In this document: positions 38,268 to 50,550 of the stretch, piece by piece
How the letters are laid out: the number at the start of each line of letters is the position of its first letter
How positions within the stretch are numbered: position 1 is the first letter of the stretch
NCBI GenBank assembly: GCA_013265495.1
Contig: MU061578.1
Span: 2,613,308-2,677,307, forward strand
Origin: Vicugna vicugna
Lineage: Eukaryota
Direction of reading: 5' to 3'
Length of the DNA: 64,000 nucleotides
Notes under the pieces: generated by a model
Database searches by the model: none
What the model was told of the DNA's origin: nothing
What the model saw: the letters and a program-made list of their open reading frames with translations, nothing else
Position numbers and translations under genes: made by a program

Positions 38268-39889
38268 CCTCCCTAGAGACTGACCCCATTCAGCAAGAAA
38301 TGCTGTTCCACCAAGCACCTATAGAAACTTTGGTTCACTGATGAAAATGTGAGAGATGACCCTGACATCAAGGAGCTTACAGGGAAAGGAACAGGCTTGA
38401 ACACAAGTGAGGATAATAGAGATGGAGTAGAAGAGCCCACCTTGAAGTTTAAACAAAGTAGCACCAAGGACTGGTTCCCAAGCTGGGTCCCCCTGAGGCA
38501 GAGCCAAACCTGGCTCTGAACAAAAACATTGAGACTCACCTGGGAGCTTTTGTAACCATAGATCCTGACTGAGCCCCTAAACATCCAAATCTCTGGGCAT
38601 GAGCCCCAAGAATTGGTATATTTAATAAACACCCTCCCCCATGAGATTTTGACACTCCTAAGTGTTGGGGAAATACGGAAGTATGGAAAATACCAAAGAA
38701 GTCACTAATATAAACCGTAAGTGTTGACTTCTGTGCTGACTACCGTATCAATATCCTGCCTGCATGATTCCCGAGACTTTAAAAACCCTGCAAGGGAAGC
38801 ATTTGTGGGAACGACTGTGGGTGTTGTCAATCAGAGCCAGGCACCTGTGATATAGAAGCCCTGCCCTGCCCTGCTGGTCACCCTCCCCCTACAGGAGCCA
38901 GGTGGGAGTCTTTCCACAAGTTTTAATACAATGCATCCTATTTTCCAAGGTCATTGGGACACAGAGATGTTAAACAATCTGCCCAAGTCCTTACAGCTTA
39001 TAACTGTCAAAATCTAGGGTTCAAACTCAAATCCATCTGACCCCAAAGACGTTTCTACTTGCTTCAACCCCAGAATCGTCCCAGTTGTAGAGACGACTGA
39101 ACCCGCCCAACAGTCACTTTTGTTTTTAGAAAATGTCTCAAGTCCCCCTCTGAATATTAGACAAGGGTTGTTTCTTACAGGGCAAGGCTGTAGAAAGAAC
39201 CTGAAGCAGTCCCCCTGTTTGAGACCCTACACAGACAGAGTCAGGATTCCTGGGTCCTGGTCCAGTTTCTGTACCTTCCTTAGTTTTCCCCAGGCGTAAA
39301 ATAGCAACAATCTTTGACAGGCTCCCTCCCTCAGCGGACATAGGGAGGAAGAGTTAACTCTGTTCATGTTTTGAATAGACAGTTTCAGGGTCAATGATGA
39401 TTTCACAGGATAGAAAATATCACAGTCATAGAACACTTTGCATTCAAATAGAATGTTCTCATTTTCAAAGGGCCTTCACTTGCCATCCCATCTTATCCTT
39501 CTAACAGTCCTGGGAGGGAAGTAGGGATTCCTAACCCTGTTCCCCAGACAGGAGACTGACGCACACGCTTTCCAGTTCTAAGCAGGCTTGAAGAGGGAAA
39601 AGAAACTAAACAGCTACTACAAGACGCAGTGTGGATTTTGCATAAATGAAGCAAAAGATCAGAGGACCATGACAGACCATATGATATAGACTCCATCCTC
39701 CTACACCAACAACTGTGCTTTAAATATTAAGAAGACCTTTGCTAAGGGCAGGTCAGAAAGATGGGGCATTCTATACAATACATTAAGGAAGTCCATAGGT
39801 AGGTATGTTCCTATGTCACCTCCTGGAGGACCCCTAGGATTCTGGTGACACGTGTTCTACACACTCTCACTTCTGCTGTTGGAGAGCTA

Positions 39890-40490
39890 CCGTAGTTAAG
39901 TGGTTAGTAGCGTGCACCCAGAGACCAGCCAGGTGAGTTCAAATCCAGCCCCACCTTTGAGTGACTGTATAACACCAGCCAAATTATATAATTTTCCTGA
40001 GCCTCAGTTTCCTCATCTATAAAGTGGGTATGCCTCATTCATTAATCAAATTCTACCCTAGCATATGCTATACACCAGAGACAAAGTGAGGATCAAGAAC
40101 AAGCATGACCCCTGCCTTCATGGTGATCATAGTATAGAAGAAGGCAGACGTCTGTCAAAGAATCATGCTCAAAGGAAGAAGTATCTCTAGTTGGGCTAAG
40201 ACCTAAACACAGTGAAAGCTGGTGCTATGAGAACAGGTAACAGGGGGTTGTTGTGACTCTGTCATTATGGCCGCACTTCCCTGAGGCAGTGGTAACTCAG
40301 CTGGTAGATGAGAGATTTACCAGGTGAAGCGGGGAGGGAAAGAGCTTTCCAGGCCGAGAAAGCAAGATATGCAAAGGCCCTGTGGCAGAAAAGAGCATAG
40401 CATGTGTATAGCAGCTTGAAAGGGACTAGAAAGAGCAAGTGAATGCGCAGGTGATCAAGTGCCCACCTCATACAGGAGCTGCAGGAAAAC
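39890..40490. mobile_element. MIR (+, ~39890-40035) followed by L2 (-, ~40035-40490)
   Basis: CTGAGCCTCAGTTTCCTCATCTATAAAGTGGG, then CCCTGCCTTCATGG...TTCCCTGAGGCAGTG...TGCAAAGGCCCTGTGGCAG. Confidence 0.8.
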
Positions 40491-41319
40491 AGAGACCTTA
40501 TCTATGATAAGTTCAGTAAAAGACTAAACGGTGACACAGGACTAGGTTTCTTCCTGAATTTTCCCATGAAAGTCTGCAGTGGACTCAGAAGCCAAGTCCA
40601 ACATCCTCCTTCACAGCCCCCCCATTCAATCGGAAGCAAATGCACCCTCAATCACAATCAAATATCAAGAACCATGTGGAATCTGCCAAGGGGACAGAGG
40701 CAGCCTCCTTCCAGAGCTGTGGTTGGCTTCCACTAGAGACTTTCAGATGGAAATTAGGCAGCTCTTCACCAGGGCCAAAGAGAAGAGCCTCTCACCCTGC
40801 TCAGTGAGAGGGCTGATGAATCATGCACACTGGTGGGTCAATCAGCCTGCGCGTGTGAACAAGTTTATGGTGGAAATGAAGGGCTTTATTTGTTTGGCAA
40901 AACACAGGGTAGTTTACTTGCCAGGAGGGAAGAATGTCTGTCTGCCTGGGTTTTCTGGACAGGGGAGCGAAGCGGATCGAGGGCTTCCGTTTCATCCGCA
41001 GGCCCCTTGCAGAAGGAGCTGGGGAAAGCTTTGCAGCCATCTGGCACACTGTTTGCATCTCATCTGGCTCCAAACAAGGGTGGATGGGGCAGTTCTTGCC
41101 CTGTGTTGGAAGAGGGATGGGAGGGAAACCAACGGAGGTGGCAGGGGGTGGCAGGTACTGGGGAGCACTGCCAGGGCCTGGGGACCAGAGCACCCAACCC
41201 CACAGACTCTGAAACAGTAAAGCAGCCCTGGAGGGTCTTTGCAATCCACCCCCATCCTGGTGCCTGCAGACAGTCCCTCGTGTGTGGAGATTCACCAGCA
41301 CACACCCACAGCCCCCACC

Positions 41320-41510
41320 CAGGACTGCCAGATATAGCAAGTGAAAAGACAGGATGCCACTCATACCTGAATTTCAGATAAACAAGGAATCATTTTTAGT
41401 GTAAGTATGTCCCAAATATTGCAATTGGGATATACTTACTCTAAAAAAAAATGTGTTAATTTGAAAATCAAGCTTAACTAGGTCTCCTGCATTTAATCTG
41501 GCAACCCTAG
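41320..41510. mobile_element. MER53 palindromic hAT-type MITE
   Basis: AGGACTGCCAGATATAGCAA...TGAATTTCAGATAAACAA...AAGTATGTCCCAAATATTGCA...ATCTGGCAACCCTA with inverted termini. Confidence 0.85.
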
Positions 41511-41688
41511 TCCTACACAAGCAACCCAGGACTTGGAAATTCACAGAGAAGGTCACACGCACAAGAACACAAACACATAGGCAAGCACATGAACATGCAC
41601 ATACACAAACTCACACCATGCCTCTCAGGGTCCAAAGCAAAGGAGGAAGCAAGGGCCAAGTTGAGAGTCCTGCTCACCCCCCCCACCA

Positions 41689-41691
41689 ACA

Positions 41692-41732
<41 letters not shown>
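41689..41732. repeat. (CA)n microsatellite
   Basis: Seen directly. Confidence 0.95.
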
Positions 41733-41734
<2 letters not shown>

Positions 41735-42599
41735 TCCTGTTTTCTGTGTCTGAACTCAGAACCAGCAGAGTCCCAGCCCCTCAGGTCCAAGCTGGGGTCA
41801 GAGGTGCCCTGATACAGCAGGACACTGACCAGCACCTGCCTGGGCTCTGGCCTGGAAGACACAGCAGAGCCCTGTGGGCCATGGCAAGCATGGGCAGGGG
41901 GAGGAGACTCTGAGGCCGGAGGTTTATTCTGAAGCCCACCATCTTGGACCCACTGATGAGCCCATTTCCTTGTCTGCTCCCACTGCCTCTGCCCCAGTCT
42001 CCATCCCTGCCATTAAATCACTCACTGAGCATTTATTGAGCAGCTAATAAGGGCCTGGAGTGGGACTTGGCACAAAAGACATAACTATGGTAAAGCCACA
42101 GTCCAGTATACCGTAAACTCAGTATTGACCTGCCCAGCATTGCTGAACATGCACAACAAGCCAAGCATTGCAGAAGTGGTGATCATTTCCGTGAATCTTC
42201 CCAACAGCCAAGGAGGCAGCTGCTATTTTTTTACCTTGGAGGAAACTGAGACCAGACAGCTGAAAAGGCTGGCTCAAGGGCACACAGGTGGGAAGCAGCC
42301 AGCCTTGGAACTTGCAGTAGCTAATCAAGAATGTTGGGGAAAATGAACTTTCCCTCAGGTAAGGCCACCTGCCAGAGTCATAAGCTGGGGTCCTGCCAGG
42401 AGGGGCTGGTGGGGTGGCTGGGCCCTCAGGTGTGCCAGGGTGTGGAGTGACCTCGGTGCAAGTGAGGCGGGCAATGCCGTCTGACCAGCACCCTTTAAGC
42501 TTTGGAGGATGACCCTTATAGAAGATGGTACATGTGAGCCTTGGGGGACTGGGGAGCAGGGAGATATTTAACCAGGATGCGAATTCAGCACAGATGTCC

Positions 42600-43110
42600 C
42601 TCTGCCGTGGATATCTTGCCCCTAGGGACTTCTTAGAGAAGCACAGGCACAGAACCTCAAGCAATACGTGCCAGGATATTCATCACAATGCCATTTGCAA
42701 CAGGGAGGAAGCAGGAACCATTCAAAGACCCATCGATCCAGGGTTGGCCAGATAAAGTACGGTGCATCCACACAGCACAATAACTGCCTTATGAGCAAGG
42801 TGGAGCCCAGGTTCCACCGTGAGGCAATGCCAAAGACACATCATTGAATGAAAAGAAGGCTTTTCCAAACAATAAGTGGAGCATTATCCCATTAAAACAA
42901 AGATTAAAATTAAATTATGTGTGACTATATGTGCTTGCATACCCAGGGAAAGGTGTGGAAGGATATGTCAACCCCCACCCCGGTGTCACCTCTGAGAAGC
43001 AAGATTGAAGAGAGTCAGACAGAAGAGTTGTGCTCTTTGTTTTCTATATACTTGTATTGTTAAAATTCTTTACAATGAGCAAATAATAATGTGTATTGCT
43101 AATAAGCAGA
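42600..43110 (+). mobile_element. Degenerate L1ME 3' fragment
   Basis: CAGGATATTCATCACAATGCCATTTGCAACAG...GGTGCATCCACACAG...ATTGAATGAAAAGAAG...GGAAGGATAT. Confidence 0.6.
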
Positions 43111-44654
43111 ACAAAAGCCAAGGAATTACACTCAGGCCATGTAGACCATTTCATCCAGCTGAGTTCCGAGAGGCCAGGACTTACAACTCCATCAGGACAA
43201 CACAGAACACGGAATCAAGAGGAAAAAACGAAAAGGGCAGTAGATTTTCCCTCCCAAGCACCACACACCTTCCAATTTAAGCCAATGCATCTCCAAGTCA
43301 CAAATTCTTCCTTATCCAGAGATGCTAGACACAAGCCCCAGAGCAAAAATACAAGTCCTGCCCAGGTTTCTCCGGGAAGGTCTGACAGGTAAGGCAAGCC
43401 AAGTCCACCCATAGTCAGGCATGGGGAGACCAGACAGGAGGGGCCACAGAACCAAGGAAACTCACTGGGCAGCCCCTTCATTCTGCAAAGACCCTCAGAA
43501 CCTGGAGCTGCACAGAGCCCCTGCAAGCCTGTTTCTATGACACCCTGGAACACAGCAAGAGGAGGCATAGAGAAGGAAACAAGCAAAATTCACAAAACCC
43601 AGCCACACTTGGAGCATGCTAACAGTGTCTGCTCTCCTCTCTGTTTTGGGGAATCCACACTTTCTCCTTTGTGACTTCAAGGTCCTTGCTTCTGCGCACC
43701 AGCTCTCCTCTGCCAGTTTGTCTCTATCATCTCTTAGGAGTCCCTCCCCTGCAGCTTTTCCTACTCCCCTCCCTCTCTGGGGCCACACTCAGACCCCCAG
43801 CCCACCTGGGACACTGGCTCCCCAGCTGGTGAGGTCCAGGGGAGATGAGCTGAGACTCTGGAGGAGCAAAGCCAGGAGCCCTGTGGACTATAAGTAAGTA
43901 GCATGACATCTTCCAGCTGGAGCCAATAGAAGGGAAAAGGGCAGAGCCTCCCTGGAACAGCCCCACGAATATAGGACTCTCAGTGGCCTCTCAGGGGATC
44001 TGCGATGATAGTCAGAAGTACTATCACCTCTACGTGCAGTTGCCTGCAAGGAAGGCAGTGCAGGAAGCCGTGTGTTGCTCAGAGAACAAAAAACAGGGAA
44101 TTAAATGTACCATCTGCTTATTAGCGAGAGATTTTGAGGCAGACGCTTAAATATGCATGCCCAGACGTTATAAAACATTGGGGTAAATGTTAATTTTAAA
44201 AACCCAAGTTCTTGTTCTTGCAAAAAAAATCTTTCTTTTCTCTCTCTTCTTAGTGATTTGGAGGTTCTGTACCCTAGAGTCACAGCACCAGGAAGGTTGA
44301 CCTCACTGGACTTTGGCAGCTGTGCAAAGTGAGACCCCAAACACTTGCTGGGGACCCATCTTAGGGAGATCCTTGGGGGAGGGGCTACCAAGTCATCATT
44401 TCCTCCCTCCTTTCTTGTCCCCACCCAAAAATTAGACTGCACTAGTCTGGTGCCACCACAGGGGAGAGGAATATCCACAAAAAACCTTGATCCTTTCCCT
44501 GACATCAAAGACCCAAAAAGCTGAAAGTAGGGGAGCTGATTCCCTCCCCTCTGGAGTCCCACAAGGTGAGCACTTGCTGCAACCCCACCCCAGCACCATG
44601 TGTATTTCAAGAGCAGCTGTATTCATGCCTTCAGGGGACACCTGAGATTCTCAG

Positions 44655-44835
44655 CATAAATGTTTTCAGCTTTGCAGACCACAACTGTCTGTCCCAACTC
44701 TCCCACTGTAGCAGGACAGCAGCCACAGACAATAGGCACGTGAATGGGCGTGGCTGTGTGTTAATAAATTTTATTTCCAAACACAGGTTGTGGGGAGAAT
44801 GGCTTAGAACTGCGGACCAGAGTCTGCCTCCTCTA
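44655..44835 (-). mobile_element. MER58A DNA transposon
   Basis: AGCAGCCACAGACAATAGGCACGTGAATGGGCGTGGCTGTGTGTTAATAAATTTTATTT. Confidence 0.85.
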
Positions 44836-45199
44836 CTAGAGTAGAATCTCCCAGAGAACAGGGACTGATCCATCCTGTAGACCAGCACCTAGCCTGGCAC
44901 CTGGCACCCAGCATCCAGAAACTGCTCAAACACTTGGAGAAGGAATGAGGAAGGCAAGTGTCTCCCAGTGCAGAGAGGTGAGGGTCTCCCAACAGCACAT
45001 CTTGTGTGGAGTAACACGGCCAGAGCAGGGCTCTCCACCAAGGCTGGGTCTTTCCAAGGTGGTATGGAAAAGTGACCGCTGAGTATTTGGGGAGGGGACA
45101 GAAGCTTTGGAGTTACACACACACACACTACAGTTTTCCAAGAGCGTCAAGACCATTGAGCGTCCTGTTTTTCACTGCACACACCCTGGCTGGGTGCAG

Positions 45200-45860
45200 T
45201 AGTGTCCAGACTTAGGGTGAATCTTTGTAACCACCCCACCAACTGGTTTTCACTAAAATTCCAGCAGTAGCCAGTGAGCATGTTAAATCCAATGGGCTCT
45301 CTTCAACAACTGACCCTCATCCTTCTTGCTCTCCTGTGTGTGGAGCCACACGTCCTTTGCCTGCCGGTTCTCTGACCCTTCTCGTGGATTCTTCATTTCT
45401 CATTCTGAAGATTGCCCAGGCTTATACCAAAGCCCCTTCTCTTGCCACTCCTCCCTCTCCCCAGTCAATCTCCAGTGTCCCCATGGCCTCAACTACCATC
45501 AACCCCAATGACCCTCAAGTCTGAATCTCCAACCCCAACCCATCTATTCATTAGATGTTGCCACGTGGGTCTCAGAGCGACGTCAGAATCCAGAAGCAAA
45601 TTCATGATCTTACCTGCCTTTCTGGAGGTCAATTTCACCCTGCATTTTCCTCATTCCCAATACCCAATAGATCCTTAAGTCCTTTGAAATGTTTCTCATA
45701 AGCTTTCCTCAATTCAGCCACACAGCTTTACCACCACCACCATCGTCCAAGTCACTAGCAACCCACCAGCAACCAGACTTCTATCCCAGCCCCCAAACTG
45801 GTCTCCCTCCTGCTCCCGGAACTCCAAGTCATGTTCCAGGGGACACAAAGGGACAATGAC
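45200..45860 (+). mobile_element. L2 internal fragment
   Basis: AAATCCAATGGGCTCTCTTC, CCCATGGCCTCAACTACCATC, ACCACCATCGTCCAAG...CCCAAACTGGTCTCCC. Confidence 0.65.
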
Positions 45861-46699
45861 CACCTTGCAGAAATTTTTTAAATTAGGAAGGCATTGGCCT
45901 GCAGCACGAGTCTTTCCGGCTGAGAAGCTCAAATCAAGCTCCAGTTTGCTAGCAATGAGGTTAAATATTTCTGAAATGAGTAAAGCCAAGGGCAACACAG
46001 TTCGCATTCCAAAACTACTCCAGGCACAGAGACATCCACCTTCTGGGAGCTCAGGGGTCTGGACCTTCCAGTATGCAGCCTGTGCCTCTCTGTTCCAGCT
46101 GAAAGGAATGTCTTCCATGCCTTCTTCATCCCCTTCCAAGGATCCTCCACCATCCTGCTTCCCACTCTTGGCCCTTGGAGGATGAGGAAACCTCCTGCCA
46201 CTTCCCGCTCGAACTCTGCGTTCCTCAGAAGCTTGCCTCACAAACTACAGAATGGCTGAGGCAGACACTCCGCACTCCAGTGGGCAGCCATATCTTCACG
46301 TCAGCTTGAGAGATTGTTGCCAGGGAAATATCTATATCTCGGCAGAAAGAGCTTCCACACTGTGGAATCCAGCTGTGCTCAAAGGGGAATCCTGAAACCC
46401 AGATGTTGTTGGTCCAAATGCCCTGTCTCAGCAGCCGGCTTTGGAACTCTCCATTGTGGGAGTGAACCCCAAGCACCACCTGCTCTGCTGGAATCCTGGA
46501 CCCTGAGAACCAAGGGGGAGGTTGGGGGAAGCTGATGAGTTCCGTGTGGAAAGCCGAGATGCTACCTGAATCCAATCAGAGGTTTAGGTGGACGGTATCA
46601 CGCCCCACCTTGTGTGTCACTAGTGGATGAGGGGATGGAGGACAAAGTCTGATTTGCCCAAATAATTAAAAGTGGAGATGACCATTTGTTTTGTGCTCT

Positions 46700-47145
46700 T
46701 TCTGTGTCTAAATGTTATGCCAAGCATCTTCTATTTATTATCTTGTTATTTTGTTGAATATACACATAACCTTCTACTGAAATTATATCTCATTATCTCC
46801 ATTTTATAGAGGAGGAAACTGAGTCCCACGGAGGTTGGGTAATTTTTCCAAGGCCTCAGAGCTCGTAAGCAGTACAGCAGGGACCCAAACTCAACACTCA
46901 CATTATGAAATAACTTTTTGCAAGTGTAGGCTTGTGGCTCTAAGCCAAGGTGATTTCACCTGCCTCCTCCTGCAATGTCTGGGGATGATTTGGGTTGCCA
47001 CAACTGAGAGTAGGGGATCAATGCTACTGGTATCTAGTGGGCAGAGACCAGGGATGATTTTAAGGACCAATGCAGAGGACAGCTCCCCATCATGGAGAAT
47101 GGTCTGGCCCCAAACGTCAACAGCACCAAAGTTGAGAGAGCCAGG
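46700..47145. mobile_element. MIR (-, ~46700-46900) followed by MER20 (+, ~46930-47145)
   Basis: CATTTTATAGAGGAGGAAACTGAG; TGCTACTGGTATCTAGTGGGCAGAGACCAGGGATG...CCAAACGTCAACAGCACCAAAGTTGAGA. Confidence 0.8.
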
Positions 47146-48529
47146 TGCAGACCTTCACCAGCAAGAAGGGGGAAGACCCACAGTCTGGATTCACCTCTCT
47201 AGGGAGCCCCTTGCTGACAACAACCTTCTGCTCTGGTCTCAACCCGAGGACTCTTGAGTGGAGAGTCCATCAGGGGATTTCAGGGATTCCAATGAGTTAT
47301 TACCCTTGAAAGCTCAACTCTGCCCAGCAACAACCCAGAAATCTATGCCAAGCTGCCTGCTCTCGGGAAAAGCTGAACAAACGCCTGGGGTTGATAACCA
47401 ATTACCTAGGAAAGACTTTTCTCTCCTCTCAAGAAGAGCTGTGGGTCGGACTCACCCTGCGGTCACTCTGAAGGAATCAATAAAGGCTCTGGGAGAACTC
47501 GGACTTCGATACCTTCTCAGCTTCACTGGTCCTGGAGGGGGCAAAAGGAGTCTGCAGAACTTGTGATCCCTGGTGGGGGATCAGCCCAGACTAGTCACAC
47601 ACCCTTCTTCCACCTCACATGCATCAGGACTCCGGCGCAGGCTCCTGGGGCTCCAGCTTACCTCCTAAAAGCATCCCCTAGCAACCACCAGAGGAAGCAG
47701 CCCCCTCCTTAAATACAAGAAGCCACTCTGCGGGACAACCAGTTACATGTAAACCTCAGCTATCCACAGCACCAGACACGGTGACAGGAAAGGGTATTTT
47801 ATCCTTAAAAACGTCTGGATACAACATGGACAGGGAGGTGTTACCCGTGCAGCTTCTGCAGAGAAAAGCCCCAAATGATCTGCATCTAAAAATAATCTGC
47901 TATTAAAGAACAAGGATTTTTTTTTTTTTACATTTCAGCCAAGCTAATGGTCTTCACACACAAAATCTCATGAAAAAGCATTCTGTTTCTTCTTGATCCA
48001 TTTGGACGTGGTCTGTGAGTGAAGAAATGGCTCTCTTCCTTGAAGAAATAGCTGCTGCTCCTGGCACCAGCCTGAAACGGCTCCCTGGTTCTTTAAAGAG
48101 AATATTCCTATAGAAACTAAAAAGGAGGAGAAATCTGTCTGGTGGGCATTCTGGGAAGCCTGGGCTTTGGCCAACCTTTAAACTTGAAAACCAAGATGCC
48201 ACCTCCATGAGGGGCCACTGCCCCCCTAGAAGACCCAAGTGTCCCAAAAGGAGAGAATCATATTTGGGTTCAGAAAACAAAGGTGATTTCTGTCCATTTA
48301 TGACATAATCCTTCACACCATGGAATCCTCACTTTCCTTCATGAACCAAAAAGTTCAATAGGGTTTCTGCCTTTTTAAAAGGTCATCATCTGCACATAAT
48401 TCCTTAACCACTGAAGGCATTTACCATGGAGAGTCTGACCTAAGACTTCTGTCTCTTGTGATGCACCCTCAAAATCAAACATGGCTGCAAGCAAGATGCA
48501 TGGAGTGAATTTCAGCACTAAATCACATT

Positions 48530-48770
48530 CACTGAGCACATACTACATGTCAGGCACAACACTAGGTGCTTTCTATGGATAACCTTCACTTAATCTCAGG
48601 AACAATAACCCCATGAAACAGGGCCTGTTGACATATCCTTTTCCCCAATGAGGACACTAAGGCTCAGAGAGGTTAAGTAACTTGTCTCCAGTCACCCAGC
48701 TAAGGAAGGGCCAGAGCCAGGATTCAAACTGAGTAGTCTGGCTCCAAACCCACATTCCTAGGCATCCCAC
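48530..48770 (-). mobile_element. MIR SINE
   Basis: GGCTCAGAGAGGTTAAGTAACTTGTCTCCAGTCACCCAGCTAAG...GAGCCAGGATTCAAAC...GTCTGGCTCCAAA. Confidence 0.88.
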
Positions 48771-50162
48771 CCACTTGGTCACTTCATTCCATTCTGGTGT
48801 CCTCGTTTTTGGCAAAGTTCCATGTAAAAGAGGGAGCTGACAGGAGGAAAGTGCTTCTGACAATAGAAGTTTCACCGCATTGCACAGCCCCCATAATTGT
48901 GTCTCAGACCCAGGACCTCTCCTCTCACCATACTGCGACATATCCTTTCTCACGCTTTCCACGATGTGTCCCAGTAAACCTTCCATAAATATTATCCTTG
49001 TCTTGGCATCTCAGAGAGAAATTCACCTGGTTCTGGTGACCAAGTGACCCATGATCCAAACACAGCCACAGGGAGGGGAGGGAGCAGCCCCACACTGAGT
49101 CAGATGGGCTTTGATGCAGCCTGGTGAATGGGAGGCAGGCTGCTGCCGCCTGCATGAATTCAAGAGAAAGAGGGGCCCTCTCCCTCGTGGGTCTCACTAG
49201 CCACAAATCAAAATTTTGAGACAAGCTCAACCAAGCAAATGGTAAAGAATAAAAACATTTGGAAGAAACAAAAAGGTCAACCTCATTATCCATTTAAAAC
49301 TCTCAAGGTGGCGGCCCTCGCCAAGGGGACAGCTGTCCAGCCAGCCCTCATCTGTCCTCCAGATACTTGTGCTCTGGAAGATTCAGAAAAGAAAGCAGAA
49401 AGCAGGGGCCTGGGGGTCAAGCTGGCCACCAGGCTTCTATCCCACACACGCCTAGTGACTCAGGTACCCACGCACATATGCAACAAATCTCTCTCACACG
49501 GACCCTCGGCCAGCAAGGACCAGAACCGGACAGCATCCGAGGGGATGCACAGAACTTTGCTTCACTGTTCTTCTCTGAAGGGATGAGGAGAGAAGAGTGA
49601 TTTCAGGGTTGGAAGCCACCTGCCTTCTCTCAACTCTCACTGCCCAGCCAGCATGGGGAGCAGGGACAGGAAGATGAGAGGCAGGTGAGGGGCTTGGTGA
49701 GCTGCCACCAGCACACATGCTGACAGGGCAGGTCAGAGCCTGTGCCCATGTACTTCCCACACAAGTCCCTAACCAGAAGGAAGGCACAAAAAACCAGCAA
49801 AGTCCCAGAGAGGTGCCCAAAACAGCTCTGCTCAGGATGGGGGTCAGAGTAATCCCCACCTCCTTCCCCTTCTAAGCGCCCCCAGGACACAGAGCTCCCC
49901 GTCCCTTTTTGGCCAAACACGGAGCCCATGGCTCTCCCAGCCAGGGACGACGTCGTAGGAGAATCAGCGAGTTGATTCTACATAAACAAGGGAGTTGCCA
50001 CCAACAACGGAGCATCTAGTTTCTCAGGAGGTCCCTACGAGCTGTCACACCGCGCCCGCCAGCAGGAGTTGCTGCTCAATTATCAACTTGGACCTGACGG
50101 CCGACGGGGATCATCCCTGCCCACACCCAGCCCCCGTCCCTCCTGCACTCCCGCTCACTTAC

Positions 50163-50372
50163 ACCTCTGTCTTCGCCACCTGTCTGGGTGCCGGTCTCTT
50201 CCCTGCCCAGACGTGGCGTGTCTTCTCCTTCCTCCTTCGCTGCGCTTCCTCCTTCCAGCCCCAGCCTCAACCTCTTCTCCTCCGGAGGGGCATCCTCCTC
50301 CTCCCGCCTCTGCCGGCCATCCCTGCCTCTGAGCTTGCCCGTGTCCTCGGGGCTGCCGGAAGGGCTGGCCAT
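50163..50372 (-). CDS. RBFOX1: First coding exon (70 aa, MASPSGSPEDTGKLRGRDGRQRREEEDAPPEEKRLRLGLEGG...TQTGGEDRG); probably the far-upstream alternative N-terminal exon of RBFOX1
   Basis: ATG at 50372 in strong Kozak context (GGAGCCATGG); 210 nt open; ends at phase-0 donor AGAGGT|GTAAGT (intron starts 50162); lies in the CpG island. The exon itself is well supported. The gene name is recall of mammalian RBFOX1 long-isoform N-termini and needs BLAST confirmation. Confidence 0.62.
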
Positions 50373-50536
50373 GGCTCCAGGGGGCTCTGCCTGCACTTGG
50401 GGGAGAGGAAGGACCCAGCAGCCTTCCGAACCCAGCGGCCTGTCGGTGGGAGACCGGGCTTCTGAGCGCGGGCTCGGTGGGTTCGCGCGGCTCGGCTCGG
50501 AGCTGGGCTCCTCCGTGGACCACTTCTGTCTCTCTG

Positions 50537-50550
50537 CCGCCCCCTGCTGG
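50537..50550 (-). promoter_or_regulatory. CTCF core motif
   Basis: Minus strand reads CCAGCAGGGGGCGG, matching the CCASYAGRKGGCRS core; inside the CpG island. Binding is not shown. Confidence 0.55.

Noticed and set aside
40579..41381. Stack of overlapping 180-210 aa ORFs on both strands
   Set aside because: No recognisable domain, mostly non-ATG starts, locally GC-rich, and partly running into MER53; consistent with chance.
47846..48107. Strong minus-strand acceptor (TTTTTAGTTTCTATAG|) about 2 kb into the intron
   Set aside because: A stop follows within five codons in the first-exon frame and the nearest donor is only moderate; no support as a coding exon.
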